DNA of 38,124 bases from NCBI GenBank assembly GCA_049975265.1, contig JBNGDF010000021.1:3599-41722 (forward strand), in the 5' to 3' direction. The notes beneath the pieces were generated by a model. It was not told the origin of the DNA. It worked only from the letters and a program-made list of their open reading frames with translations, and did not search any database. A program made the translations under genes and the position numbers. This DNA comes from Fidelibacterota bacterium (GTDB lineage Bacteria > Fidelibacterota > UBA2242). Shown here one piece after another: positions 18,006 through 25,980 of the stretch. Positions within the stretch are counted from its first letter, which is position 1. Each line of letters begins with the position of its first letter.

Positions 18006-19964
18006 ATGACATTGGGTTATAAAACTGGTCTGCTGTTGGGATTGTTGGTACTGCGATTGACATCGGCGGTTGCCGACGGTCAACCGGAGGAGCTGGTTAC
18101 ATTGGATTCCCTGCTGAATATCCGGGTCAGTGCCGCGATGAAGTATGAGTTGCGCTCCGGTGAATCACCCGCCTCGATTAGTGTCCTCACTGCGGATGAT
18201 ATCCGGCAATACGGCTATACCACCCTGAGCGAAGCGCTGGCGGGTATGCGGGGTGTATATTTGCGCAGCGACCGGAATTACGAGTATCTGGGTATCCGGG
18301 GATTCAGCCGCCCCGGCGACAATGACAACCGCACACTCCTGTTGCTTAACGGGCAGCGCCTGAACGAGAATTTTTACGGGTCGGCGTTTATCGGCAACGA
18401 TCTGGGCGTCAACCTGGCAAGTGTGGAGCGGATTGAATTTGTGCGCGGACCATCATCGGCGCTTTACGGCAGCAATGCCATGTTTGGGGTGATGAATATT
18501 GTTACCAAAAAGGGGCAAGACATAGACGGTTTGGACCTGAATTTTGAAGCCGGTTCACGGAACACCCGGCGGGTGGGGGTTGCGTTCGGTAATCTAATCC
18601 GCCGGAAGCTGGATTTTACCCTGTCCATGCAAGCCGGGGATAGCGAGGGTGAGAACCTGTATTTTGCCGAGTTTGACAGCGGCGGCACGGGGGGGATCGC
18701 CCGGAATCTGGATTGGGAACGCTTTGTCAATGTTCACTCGGCACTGCTCTTTGGAGCCTGGAAGCTGGAGGTATTTTATAACGACCGTCTGAAAGGAATT
18801 CCCACCGCCGCCTGGGGTATGGAATTCAACAATGCCGATGCCCGTTCCCGAGACCGCCTGGGAATGCTGAATCTGGTCTTTGACAAGGAGCTTGACTTTG
18901 CCAGTCGGCTGACCCTGCGAACATTTTACAACAGCTATCTCTATGAGGGTGTTTATCCCTATGCCGAGGGCAACTGGTGGGACGCCAACGATTGTCACTG
19001 GGTTGGTATTGAGGGACAGCTGCGCCGGGATATCAGCGCCCAAAACCGGCTCTTCTGCGGAGCCGAATACCAACAACACCTGTCGGCGGACTACAGGTCC
19101 TGGGATGCAGATTCAATCTACTTCGATCGGAATTTTCCCCATTCCGTAATGGCACTTTTCCTGCAGGACGAACTCCAGGTGTCCGGCAAATTCGCCCTGA
19201 TTACCGGTATGCGCTATGATCAGCACTCATTGTCAAAAGGCAGTCTGACACCCCGAATCGGCGTGATCTTGAATCCCTTTTCCACAAGTACCCTCAAGCT
19301 GCTCCACGGCAGCGCCTTTCGTTCGCCCAACGTCTACGAAATGCACTATGAGGACCCTGGTTTCGCCAAGGGCAACCGCGTCCTGAAGCCGGAAAGGATC
19401 ACCACCAGTGAACTGATCTGGGAGCAGACTCTGTTATCGGTGGCACTGACCGAAATCGGCTGTTACTATTATTCTATGCAGAACCTGATTGATCAGGCGC
19501 TCGATCCGGCGGATTCGCTGATGCAATTCAATAATATCGCCGAGGTCCGGGCTTACGGTTTCGAATGGGGGCTGCGCGGGAATCTGAAGAGCGGTTTAAA
19601 CGCCTATGTGAACCTGAATATTCAGAAAACCTATGATGCGGAGTCCGGTGACCGGCTCTCCAACTCACCAGGATTCATTTTCAAGGCGGGTGTTTCTGTG
19701 CCGTTGGATCCGCGGATCCGTTTATATGCCGAAGGGATTTATGAAAGTGGTCGCTATTCGATCCGGTACTACCCCACGCCCGATTATTTTTTATGCAATG
19801 CCGGTTTGAGGCTTGTGAACCTCTGGAGAGGACTCAGCTGTTCGCTGCGGGTAAGGAACCTTTTCGATAACGAGTTTATGCTGCCGGCGAGTTTGGAGCA
19901 TGCGCAGGACCTGATTGTACAACCTCGCCGTTATGTGGGCGTGATTATCACCTATACCCTTTAA
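18006..19964 (+). CDS. TonB-dependent receptor
   Basis: Signal peptide; plug motifs SPASISVLTADDI, IRGF, LLLLNG and IEFVRGPSSALYGSNAMFGVMNI; AFRSPN; VRNLFD. Confidence 0.92.
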   Translation: MTLGYKTGLLLGLLVLRLTSAVADGQPEELVTLDSLLNIRVSAAMKYELRSGESPASISVLTADDIRQYGYTTLSEALAGMRGVYLRSDRNYEYLGIRGFSRPGDNDNRTLLLLNGQRLNENFYGSAFIGNDLGVNLASVERIEFVRGPSSALYGSNAMFGVMNIVTKKGQDIDGLDLNFEAGSRNTRRVGVAFGNLIRRKLDFTLSMQAGDSEGENLYFAEFDSGGTGGIARNLDWERFVNVHSALLFGAWKLEVFYNDRLKGIPTAAWGMEFNNADARSRDRLGMLNLVFDKELDFASRLTLRTFYNSYLYEGVYPYAEGNWWDANDCHWVGIEGQLRRDISAQNRLFCGAEYQQHLSADYRSWDADSIYFDRNFPHSVMALFLQDELQVSGKFALITGMRYDQHSLSKGSLTPRIGVILNPFSTSTLKLLHGSAFRSPNVYEMHYEDPGFAKGNRVLKPERITTSELIWEQTLLSVALTEIGCYYYSMQNLIDQALDPADSLMQFNNIAEVRAYGFEWGLRGNLKSGLNAYVNLNIQKTYDAESGDRLSNSPGFIFKAGVSVPLDPRIRLYAEGIYESGRYSIRYYPTPDYFLCNAGLRLVNLWRGLSCSLRVRNLFDNEFMLPASLEHAQDLIVQPRRYVGVIITYTL

Positions 19965-19975
19965 CTTTGAATTGA

Positions 19976-20578
19976 ATGTCAATGTCATCAATTACAGCGG
20001 GATTTCAAAGCATCAGGCAGACAGGACTCCTTCTCCTGCTTTTTCTGTTGCCTAACCCCGGTCGTTCGCAGGAGATGCCGCTGCCCGTTCCGTTGCAGTA
20101 CCAGTTGTTTTTGAAAATTTTATCCTTTGATAAAAACCTGACTGCACGGTCTGCCGATACTCTGCACATGGCGGTGGTCTATCAGAGCCTCCTGCGCTCT
20201 TCGGCAAAGACAGCCCGTGCTTTTCTGGCGGAGACAGCGAGCGGAGAACAGCCGCAGGTTAAAAATCTTCCCCTGAGTATCCGGTGCTACGACCTGAAAA
20301 CACTGCCGGAGTTGCGGGCGTTTCTGGTAAGAGGAAGAATTGATCTGGTATACATTGCGCCCCTGCGGGCGGTGGCGGTAAGCGATATGACGGCGCTGAC
20401 CCGGGAACTGAATATCCTGTCCCTGAGCGGCGTGACGGAATATCAGCGGTCCGGAGTGGCGGTTAATTTGAATGTTCGGGGCGAGACGCCGGAAATCTTG
20501 ATTCATCAAAAAAATGCCGGAGAGGAGGGCGCCGATTTCAGCTCCCGCCTGCTGCACCTCGTCACAATTATTAATTAA
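19976..20578 (+). CDS. YfiR/HmsC-family periplasmic protein (DUF4154-like)
   Basis: Signal peptide; LFLKILSFD; C-terminal GADFSSRLLHL; lies between a TBDR and a HAMP sensor as expected for this family. Confidence 0.75.
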   Translation: MSMSSITAGFQSIRQTGLLLLLFLLPNPGRSQEMPLPVPLQYQLFLKILSFDKNLTARSADTLHMAVVYQSLLRSSAKTARAFLAETASGEQPQVKNLPLSIRCYDLKTLPELRAFLVRGRIDLVYIAPLRAVAVSDMTALTRELNILSLSGVTEYQRSGVAVNLNVRGETPEILIHQKNAGEEGADFSSRLLHLVTIIN

Positions 20579-20595
20579 GCTGAGATTAATGACTT

Positions 20596-21825
20596 ATGAA
20601 GAGACATCTGATTAGAATAACGGTGCGTGGAAAACTGATTTTGATTGTTGCCGCCCTGATTGCCGTGATTACGACCTTCATCTATATCTATTTTCCGATG
20701 AAACTTGAAAATATATTAACGGAGTCTCTGCGCACCAGCGCCCAACAGGTGACCCGTACGGTTGCCTATGGTGCAACCCCGGCGCTCTTTTTTGAAGATC
20801 GGGAGGCGCTGCAGGAGATTTTTACGGCGCTAAGACATCATGAAGAGCTGCTGTCGCTTCGGATTTTTTCCGCTGACAGCACTATTTTTTCTGAATATCG
20901 GTGTGATACCGGGTCCGGTTTGGTTCGCAAGTCAGATCACTCTCTGGAGACTCAATTCGAATGTCTTACTCTGGTTCAGGAAATGGAGTATGACAATCGA
21001 CGGATCGGTCACCTGCAAGCCTGTTTTTCCCTGGAGGGATTGCAGGTAGAGGTTCAACACACCCGTTACCGGATATTACTGATCTGTCTGATCCTGTTTG
21101 TTTTTGGCGTAATGGCAATTGCTCTGCTCAGTCGCATTATCACCATGCCGCTGAAATGCATGGTTCGAACCGTAGAGAAGATCATTGCAGGGAATCTTGA
21201 GGAGCGGGCGAATATTCGGGGCAATGATGAAATCGGGTTCCTGGCGAAAGAGTTTGACAATATGATGGACCGGCTGGCATCGGCATATCAGAAGTTGGAC
21301 GAGCTGAATCAGAAGTTGGAAATCCGCGTTGAATCCCGGACAGCCGCCCTGCGCCTGACCAATGCCCAACTAAAATCGGAATTGAACGAGCGTAAAAAGA
21401 TAGAAAAAGAACTCTCGGCGGAACGATTGCGGCTGATGACAATGCTCGGTAAAATCAGCGACGCGGTGATTATTACCGATACGGAAAACCGGATCAGCAC
21501 CATCAATCGCGTGGCGGCTGAGCTGACCGGCTGGGACGAAATCAATGCCATCGGAAAGCCCATCGGTGATATACTAAAATTACCGCCGTCGGGAGATAAC
21601 GGAAAAACCGTTCAGACAATCCAGGAGTATATTCGCGAACAGACCGGCGAGGATAGCGGCATGCTGACCATTCTGGATACCAAATCACAAGCGCGGCGGC
21701 TGAAGATTACCATCGTCCCGATCCGCACATTGTACGGCGAAAAATCCGGTACAGTGTTCATTTTCCGATTAGCCCATCGGGCTGCGGATGCCGGAATGTC
21801 CGATCTCAAAGAGTATCAGGCTTGA
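20596..21825 (+). CDS. Membrane sensor: 2 TM + periplasmic domain + HAMP + PAS, no output domain
   Basis: Two TM segments; HAMP (ITMPL..GNL..DEIGFLAKEFDNM); S-helix (VESRTAAL); PAS (DAVIITD..INRVAAELTGW..AIGKPI). The ORF ends just after the PAS domain. Confidence 0.85.
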   Translation: MKRHLIRITVRGKLILIVAALIAVITTFIYIYFPMKLENILTESLRTSAQQVTRTVAYGATPALFFEDREALQEIFTALRHHEELLSLRIFSADSTIFSEYRCDTGSGLVRKSDHSLETQFECLTLVQEMEYDNRRIGHLQACFSLEGLQVEVQHTRYRILLICLILFVFGVMAIALLSRIITMPLKCMVRTVEKIIAGNLEERANIRGNDEIGFLAKEFDNMMDRLASAYQKLDELNQKLEIRVESRTAALRLTNAQLKSELNERKKIEKELSAERLRLMTMLGKISDAVIITDTENRISTINRVAAELTGWDEINAIGKPIGDILKLPPSGDNGKTVQTIQEYIREQTGEDSGMLTILDTKSQARRLKITIVPIRTLYGEKSGTVFIFRLAHRAADAGMSDLKEYQA

Positions 21826-21827
21826 AT

Positions 21828-22487
21828 ATGTCTGAAATTTCCGGACGATTGAATATTCTTTATGAAGATAATCATCTGCTGGTGCTCTGCAAGCCAGCCG
21901 GAATGCTGGTGCAGGGCGACCGGACGGGCGATGTAACCCTGCTGGATTTGGCGAAAGACCACATTCGTGAGAAGTACGCAAAACCGGGCAAGGTCTACCT
22001 GGGACTGGTACACCGGCTGGATCGTCCGGTGTCCGGTGTGATCCTTTTTGCCCGTACGTCCAAAGCGGCGGGGCGGCTGATGAGGCAGTTCCAGCAGCAG
22101 CACCCCCGGAAAATATACCACTGCCTGACGGAGGGAGAAATACCCCTCAGCGGCGAGTGGCGGGACCAGATCGAGCGGCGGGGAGCAACGAGTGTTATCG
22201 GTAGCGGCGGAGCCAATGCGGTGTTGCGTTTTCAGCGGGTTAAATTCACAGCGGGTGTATCACTGGCGGAGGTAGACCTGCTGACCGGAAAACACCACCA
22301 GATTCGGGTCCAGTTTGCCGGGCGCGGATTCCCGCTGCTGGGGGACTTTCGCTACGGGTCGAAAATCAAATTTCCCGGGCGTTCCATTGCCCTCCACGCC
22401 AGGGAGCTGCAGATTGTTCACCCCACCCGGCAGGAAACGCTTACCTTTCGCTGTGATCTACCGGACTATTGGCGGGAATATGTTTAA
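21828..22487 (+). CDS. RluA-family pseudouridine synthase
   Basis: ILYEDNHLLVLCKPAG, VHRLDRPVSG (catalytic Asp), TGKHHQIRVQ, PLLGDFRYG and LHAREL motifs. Confidence 0.93.
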   Translation: MSEISGRLNILYEDNHLLVLCKPAGMLVQGDRTGDVTLLDLAKDHIREKYAKPGKVYLGLVHRLDRPVSGVILFARTSKAAGRLMRQFQQQHPRKIYHCLTEGEIPLSGEWRDQIERRGATSVIGSGGANAVLRFQRVKFTAGVSLAEVDLLTGKHHQIRVQFAGRGFPLLGDFRYGSKIKFPGRSIALHARELQIVHPTRQETLTFRCDLPDYWREYV

Positions 22488-23427
22488 TGAAGTGATTCAA
22501 ATCGCGGGAATAATCGATCGCCGCGAAGCCGAAATGCTCCTGGAGTGCGGCGTTGACCTGCTCGGTTTTCCTCTGCGACTGGCAGTACACCGTGAAGATC
22601 TGAGTGAAGCGGAAGCCGCCCGGATCATCCGCCAGCTACCCGACCCCTCCCGCGCCGTATTGATTACCTATCTCGATAACGCCGGTGAGATTGTTGAGTT
22701 CTGCGCCGAGTTGGGTGTCGGTATTGTGCAGCTCCACGGACCGGTTGCCGTAACGGAATTGCGAAGGCTTCGGAAAATCCAACCGGAACTGAGAATTGTC
22801 AAAAGTCTGGTGGTTCATAAAAACAACCGCAGGCAGTTGTTGCGTGAGATGGAGCAGCTCAGCTCACTGGTGGATGCGTTTCTTACCGACACCTATGATC
22901 CGGACAGTCGGGTTTCCGGCGCCACCGGCAAAGTTCACGACTGGCGAATCAGCCGGGAACTGGCGGAGCATCCGCCAAAACCATTACTTCTCGCCGGTGG
23001 TCTGACGCCGGAAAATGTCTATAAAGCCATTCGGTTTGTCAAACCGGATGGCGTGGATGCCCACACGGGGGTCGAAGCGCCGGATGGTCGCAAGGACCGG
23101 AAAAAGGTACTCCGTTTTGTCGCTGAAGCCCGCCGCGCCTTTGCCGAGCTGTATACAACCGACACGGTCACGCTTCCGATTGATGGCGTACTGGACCTGC
23201 ATAGCTTTAGTCCCCGGGAAGTGAAGGATTTGGTGCCTGAATATTTAAGCGCCTGCCGGGAAAAGGGAATCTTTTCGGTGCGGATCATTCACGGCAAAGG
23301 CACCGGCACGTTGCGGCGCACGGTGCAATCCATCCTGACAAAATCGCCGCTTGTAGAGTCTTTTGAAACGGTGGATGACAGCGGCGGCGGCTGGGGTGCG
23401 ACGAGTGTAAAAATATGTGAATTTTAA
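22480..23427 (+). CDS. Phosphoribosylanthranilate isomerase-like (TrpF) domain fused to an Smr/MutS2-type nuclease domain
   Basis: N-part: IQIAGI, VQLHG, FLTDT, GATGKVHDW, LAGGLTPENV, GVDAHTGVE. C-part: LDLHSF, RIIHGKGTG, GGWGAT. One continuous frame; ATG 22480 overlaps the rluA end. Confidence 0.88.
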   Translation: MFNEVIQIAGIIDRREAEMLLECGVDLLGFPLRLAVHREDLSEAEAARIIRQLPDPSRAVLITYLDNAGEIVEFCAELGVGIVQLHGPVAVTELRRLRKIQPELRIVKSLVVHKNNRRQLLREMEQLSSLVDAFLTDTYDPDSRVSGATGKVHDWRISRELAEHPPKPLLLAGGLTPENVYKAIRFVKPDGVDAHTGVEAPDGRKDRKKVLRFVAEARRAFAELYTTDTVTLPIDGVLDLHSFSPREVKDLVPEYLSACREKGIFSVRIIHGKGTGTLRRTVQSILTKSPLVESFETVDDSGGGWGATSVKICEF

Positions 23428-23438
23428 TTCGTCATAAT

Positions 23439-23465
23439 CTCTGTGAGCCCTGTGCCCTCTGTGGG
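23439..23465. repeat. Three imperfect 9-bp tandem repeats
   Basis: CTCTGTGAG CCCTGTGCC CTCTGTGGG between convergent genes. Confidence 0.5.
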
Positions 23466-23472
23466 TTAACTT

Positions 23473-24678
23473 CTACTTATAAATACTCGCCGCTACCACA
23501 TTCGCTACTTTGCTGCGCAGGGCAATGACGCAACCATCGGGCATGTGGACACGATTGCTTAATAAAATCACCATGGTCTCGGTTTCCGGGTCGATCACGA
23601 TGGAGGTTCCGGTAAAGCCGGTATGCCCGTAGGAGGATGGGGGGAAAATATCGCCCATGTTGGAGGAATAAGCGGAATGAATGTCCCAGCCCAGTCCGCG
23701 CCCGGCAAATTCCAGCCCGGGATAGAGGCGGGTCATCGCCTGCACCGTGAGGGGCGCCAGAATGCGAATCCCCCTATAAATGCCACTGTTCAGCATCATC
23801 TGGGCAAAAATCGCCAGATCGCCGGCAGTAGAGAAGAGACCGGCGTTGCCGGATTGACCGTTCAGCAGTTGTGCCAGCGGGTCGTGAACGAAACCTTTCA
23901 GCGGTACGCCGTCAAAGACCTCCGTGGGTGCGATGCGCGGGAGCAATTCAACCGGTGGAGAAAAGAGGCTGTTGTGCATATTCAGGGGTTCGAAGATATT
24001 GACCCGGGTAAATTCTCCGATCTCCAGCCCTGACACCCGTTTAACGATCTCCGCTAGCGTAATGAAGCCCAGACAGCTGTAGGCAAAGTGCTCTCCCGGG
24101 GGATGCTGCTTTTCGATGGTGGCGATGTACTGAATGACCGCCTCCGGACAGGGTTCGCCGAATCTGTTTTTCAGGGCGTTAACGTCGGTATAGGGTGGCA
24201 GTCCCGAAGTGTGGGTGAGCAGATGATAAAGCCGGATGGGTTCAGCGGGCAGACCGTCAGGGCGGATAAAGCGGGTGTATTCGGGGATGAATTTTTCCAC
24301 GGGGTCCATGAGGCGGAGCTGACCGCGTTCAACCAAGATCATAACGGATGTCGCCGTGGCAACGGGTTTGGTAACTGATGCCATATCGAAAATGACATCT
24401 TCAGTCATCGGCAGGGTATCGGGAAAAACCTGGACATTGCCGTAGGTTTTATGGAGGACTATGACACCTTTCCGGGCGACCAGCAGGACGGCGCCCGGCA
24501 AATTCTGCTTTTCGATTTCCGTGGTGATCAATTCATCAATTTGCGCAAGTTTTGCAGCGTCCATACCAACGCTGGCGGGTGAACCGCGCCGCAGAACCGG
24601 AGATTCAGGCTGGCTTCCGCAGCCGGCAAATATTATCAGTAAAATAATGAAAGCGGCGGGATAGATTTTTGGATACAT
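23473..24678 (-). CDS. Serine hydrolase, beta-lactamase/AmpC family; putative lipoprotein
   Basis: Lipobox FAGC; SxxK (MASVTK); LLTHTSG; YSC; GHTGFTG; AGAGGAG RBS. Confidence 0.9.
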   Translation of the reverse strand: MYPKIYPAAFIILLIIFAGCGSQPESPVLRRGSPASVGMDAAKLAQIDELITTEIEKQNLPGAVLLVARKGVIVLHKTYGNVQVFPDTLPMTEDVIFDMASVTKPVATATSVMILVERGQLRLMDPVEKFIPEYTRFIRPDGLPAEPIRLYHLLTHTSGLPPYTDVNALKNRFGEPCPEAVIQYIATIEKQHPPGEHFAYSCLGFITLAEIVKRVSGLEIGEFTRVNIFEPLNMHNSLFSPPVELLPRIAPTEVFDGVPLKGFVHDPLAQLLNGQSGNAGLFSTAGDLAIFAQMMLNSGIYRGIRILAPLTVQAMTRLYPGLEFAGRGLGWDIHSAYSSNMGDIFPPSSYGHTGFTGTSIVIDPETETMVILLSNRVHMPDGCVIALRSKVANVVAASIYK

Positions 24679-24699
24679 ATCGGCTCCTCTGAAAAAAGC

Positions 24700-25326
24700 T
24701 TAAAGCTGGTCAAGATCAACATCCAGTATCGGCTGATCCTGATATCCTTTGTAATTGAAATGCCACCATTCCGAATCGATGCCGCTGAAACCGTGGCGAG
24801 CCATGGTTTCCTGCAGGATTCGGCGATGCCGGATCGCCTCTTCGGGACAATCCAAGTAATCGAGATGAGCCCGTTCGGAGAAGTCGTCAAATTTGGAAGG
24901 CATTGGAACCTCATTGCCATCCAAATCAAGCAGGGTAACATCCACCGAGTAGCCGCGGTTGTGATTGGAACCGTTAGCCGGATTGGCAACATAGCGGCTA
25001 TCGGGCAGGATTTCCCACATGCGTTTCTGGACCGATAAAGGGCGATAGCCGTCGAAGACTTTCAGGCGGTAGCCCTGCTTTTTCAGGTCGGCTTGAACCT
25101 TTTTCAACGCCATTGCCGGTGCCTTTGCCAGAAAGCAGCGGGCACTGGGATAGAGCACTTCGCCGACAAAGTTATCAGTCGTGGCATAGCGGATATCCAA
25201 CACTATATCCGGGATAATTTCTTTGATCTCGACGAGACCATGGGAGGGCTTCGGCTGGCAGCTACCCAGGACAATCAACAGTGCCAGACTGAGCAACCGG
25301 AACGGGAAATTGGAATTTCGCTGCAT
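24700..25326 (-). CDS. ddpX: D-alanyl-D-alanine dipeptidase (M15D, VanX/DdpX family); putative lipoprotein
   Basis: IRYATTDNF, FDGYRP, SNHNRGYSVD and EWWHF motifs; lipobox LGSC. Confidence 0.9.
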   Translation of the reverse strand: MQRNSNFPFRLLSLALLIVLGSCQPKPSHGLVEIKEIIPDIVLDIRYATTDNFVGEVLYPSARCFLAKAPAMALKKVQADLKKQGYRLKVFDGYRPLSVQKRMWEILPDSRYVANPANGSNHNRGYSVDVTLLDLDGNEVPMPSKFDDFSERAHLDYLDCPEEAIRHRRILQETMARHGFSGIDSEWWHFNYKGYQDQPILDVDLDQL

Positions 25327-25502
25327 GAGATGACTCCCCAATTTTACTATGAATGAAATAATGGTTAATTTAATCAATCGGGGAGAAAATTTCAGGATAT
25401 TTCAGCGCAGGATTAAATCAAGACAATTGATGAGGGGACACAACTTGCCGGTTTTGAAATTTGACAAATGAAGACCTTCCCTCACGGTCGTTGTGAAAAA
25501 CC

Positions 25503-25533
25503 AAAAAAACAGCCGCCCAACCGGACGGCTGTT
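25503..25533 (-). terminator. Intrinsic terminator of the V/A-ATPase operon
   Basis: Minus strand AACAGCCGTCC-GGTT-GGGCGGCTGTT running into a T-run, about 25 nt after the subunit K stop. Confidence 0.85.
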
Positions 25534-25557
25534 CATACTCAGAATGTCGGCGGGCAA

Positions 25558-25980
25558 TTACAGGATCAGGAGCAGGAAAACCATCACAAACAGTGCGACG
25601 GTTTCTACGATACCGATTACCATAAAGTAATTGGCGGTGCCTTTACCGGTTTCCGCCAGTGAATCCGCCGCCCGTGCGGCTACTTTGCCCTGAAAGAAGG
25701 CGGAAAAGCCCATCGCCATGCCGCCGAAAACACCGGCAGCCAGCAGCATCAGCGGATCCTTGTCGCTGCCGCTGATGAAAAGCATCAGCAGAAAACCATA
25801 AATCGTCTGGGTCAGTGCTACCCCGGAAAAAGCCACCAGCATAAAAGGCGCCGGTTTGTTGTTGGCGAAACACTTTTTCCAGCCGCCGACCGCAGCCTGT
25901 GAGGCGATTCCGGTTCCAAAGGCAGAGCCGACAGCGGCTAACCCCAATGCTGCCGCGGGTCCAATCATTCCAATATTCAT
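25558..25980 (-). CDS. atpK: V/A-type ATP synthase subunit K (4-TM proteolipid)
   Basis: Four TM helices; LTQTIYG, FFQGK and GIVETVALF motifs. Confidence 0.93.
   Translation of the reverse strand: MNIGMIGPAAALGLAAVGSAFGTGIASQAAVGGWKKCFANNKPAPFMLVAFSGVALTQTIYGFLLMLFISGSDKDPLMLLAAGVFGGMAMGFSAFFQGKVAARAADSLAETGKGTANYFMVIGIVETVALFVMVFLLLIL

Noticed and set aside
17818..18006. 62-aa ORF upstream of the TBDR
   Set aside because: AT-rich divergent promoter region with a TTG start and no RBS or motif.
22315..22479. N-terminal extension of the TrpF-Smr ORF from TTG 22315
   Set aside because: It overlaps the rluA coding region; ATG 22480 matches the PRAI domain start.
23473..25326. Antibiotic resistance locus (beta-lactamase + vanX)
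   Set aside because: No vanH/vanA/vanRS and no mobile context; the motifs fit housekeeping peptidoglycan-recycling families.
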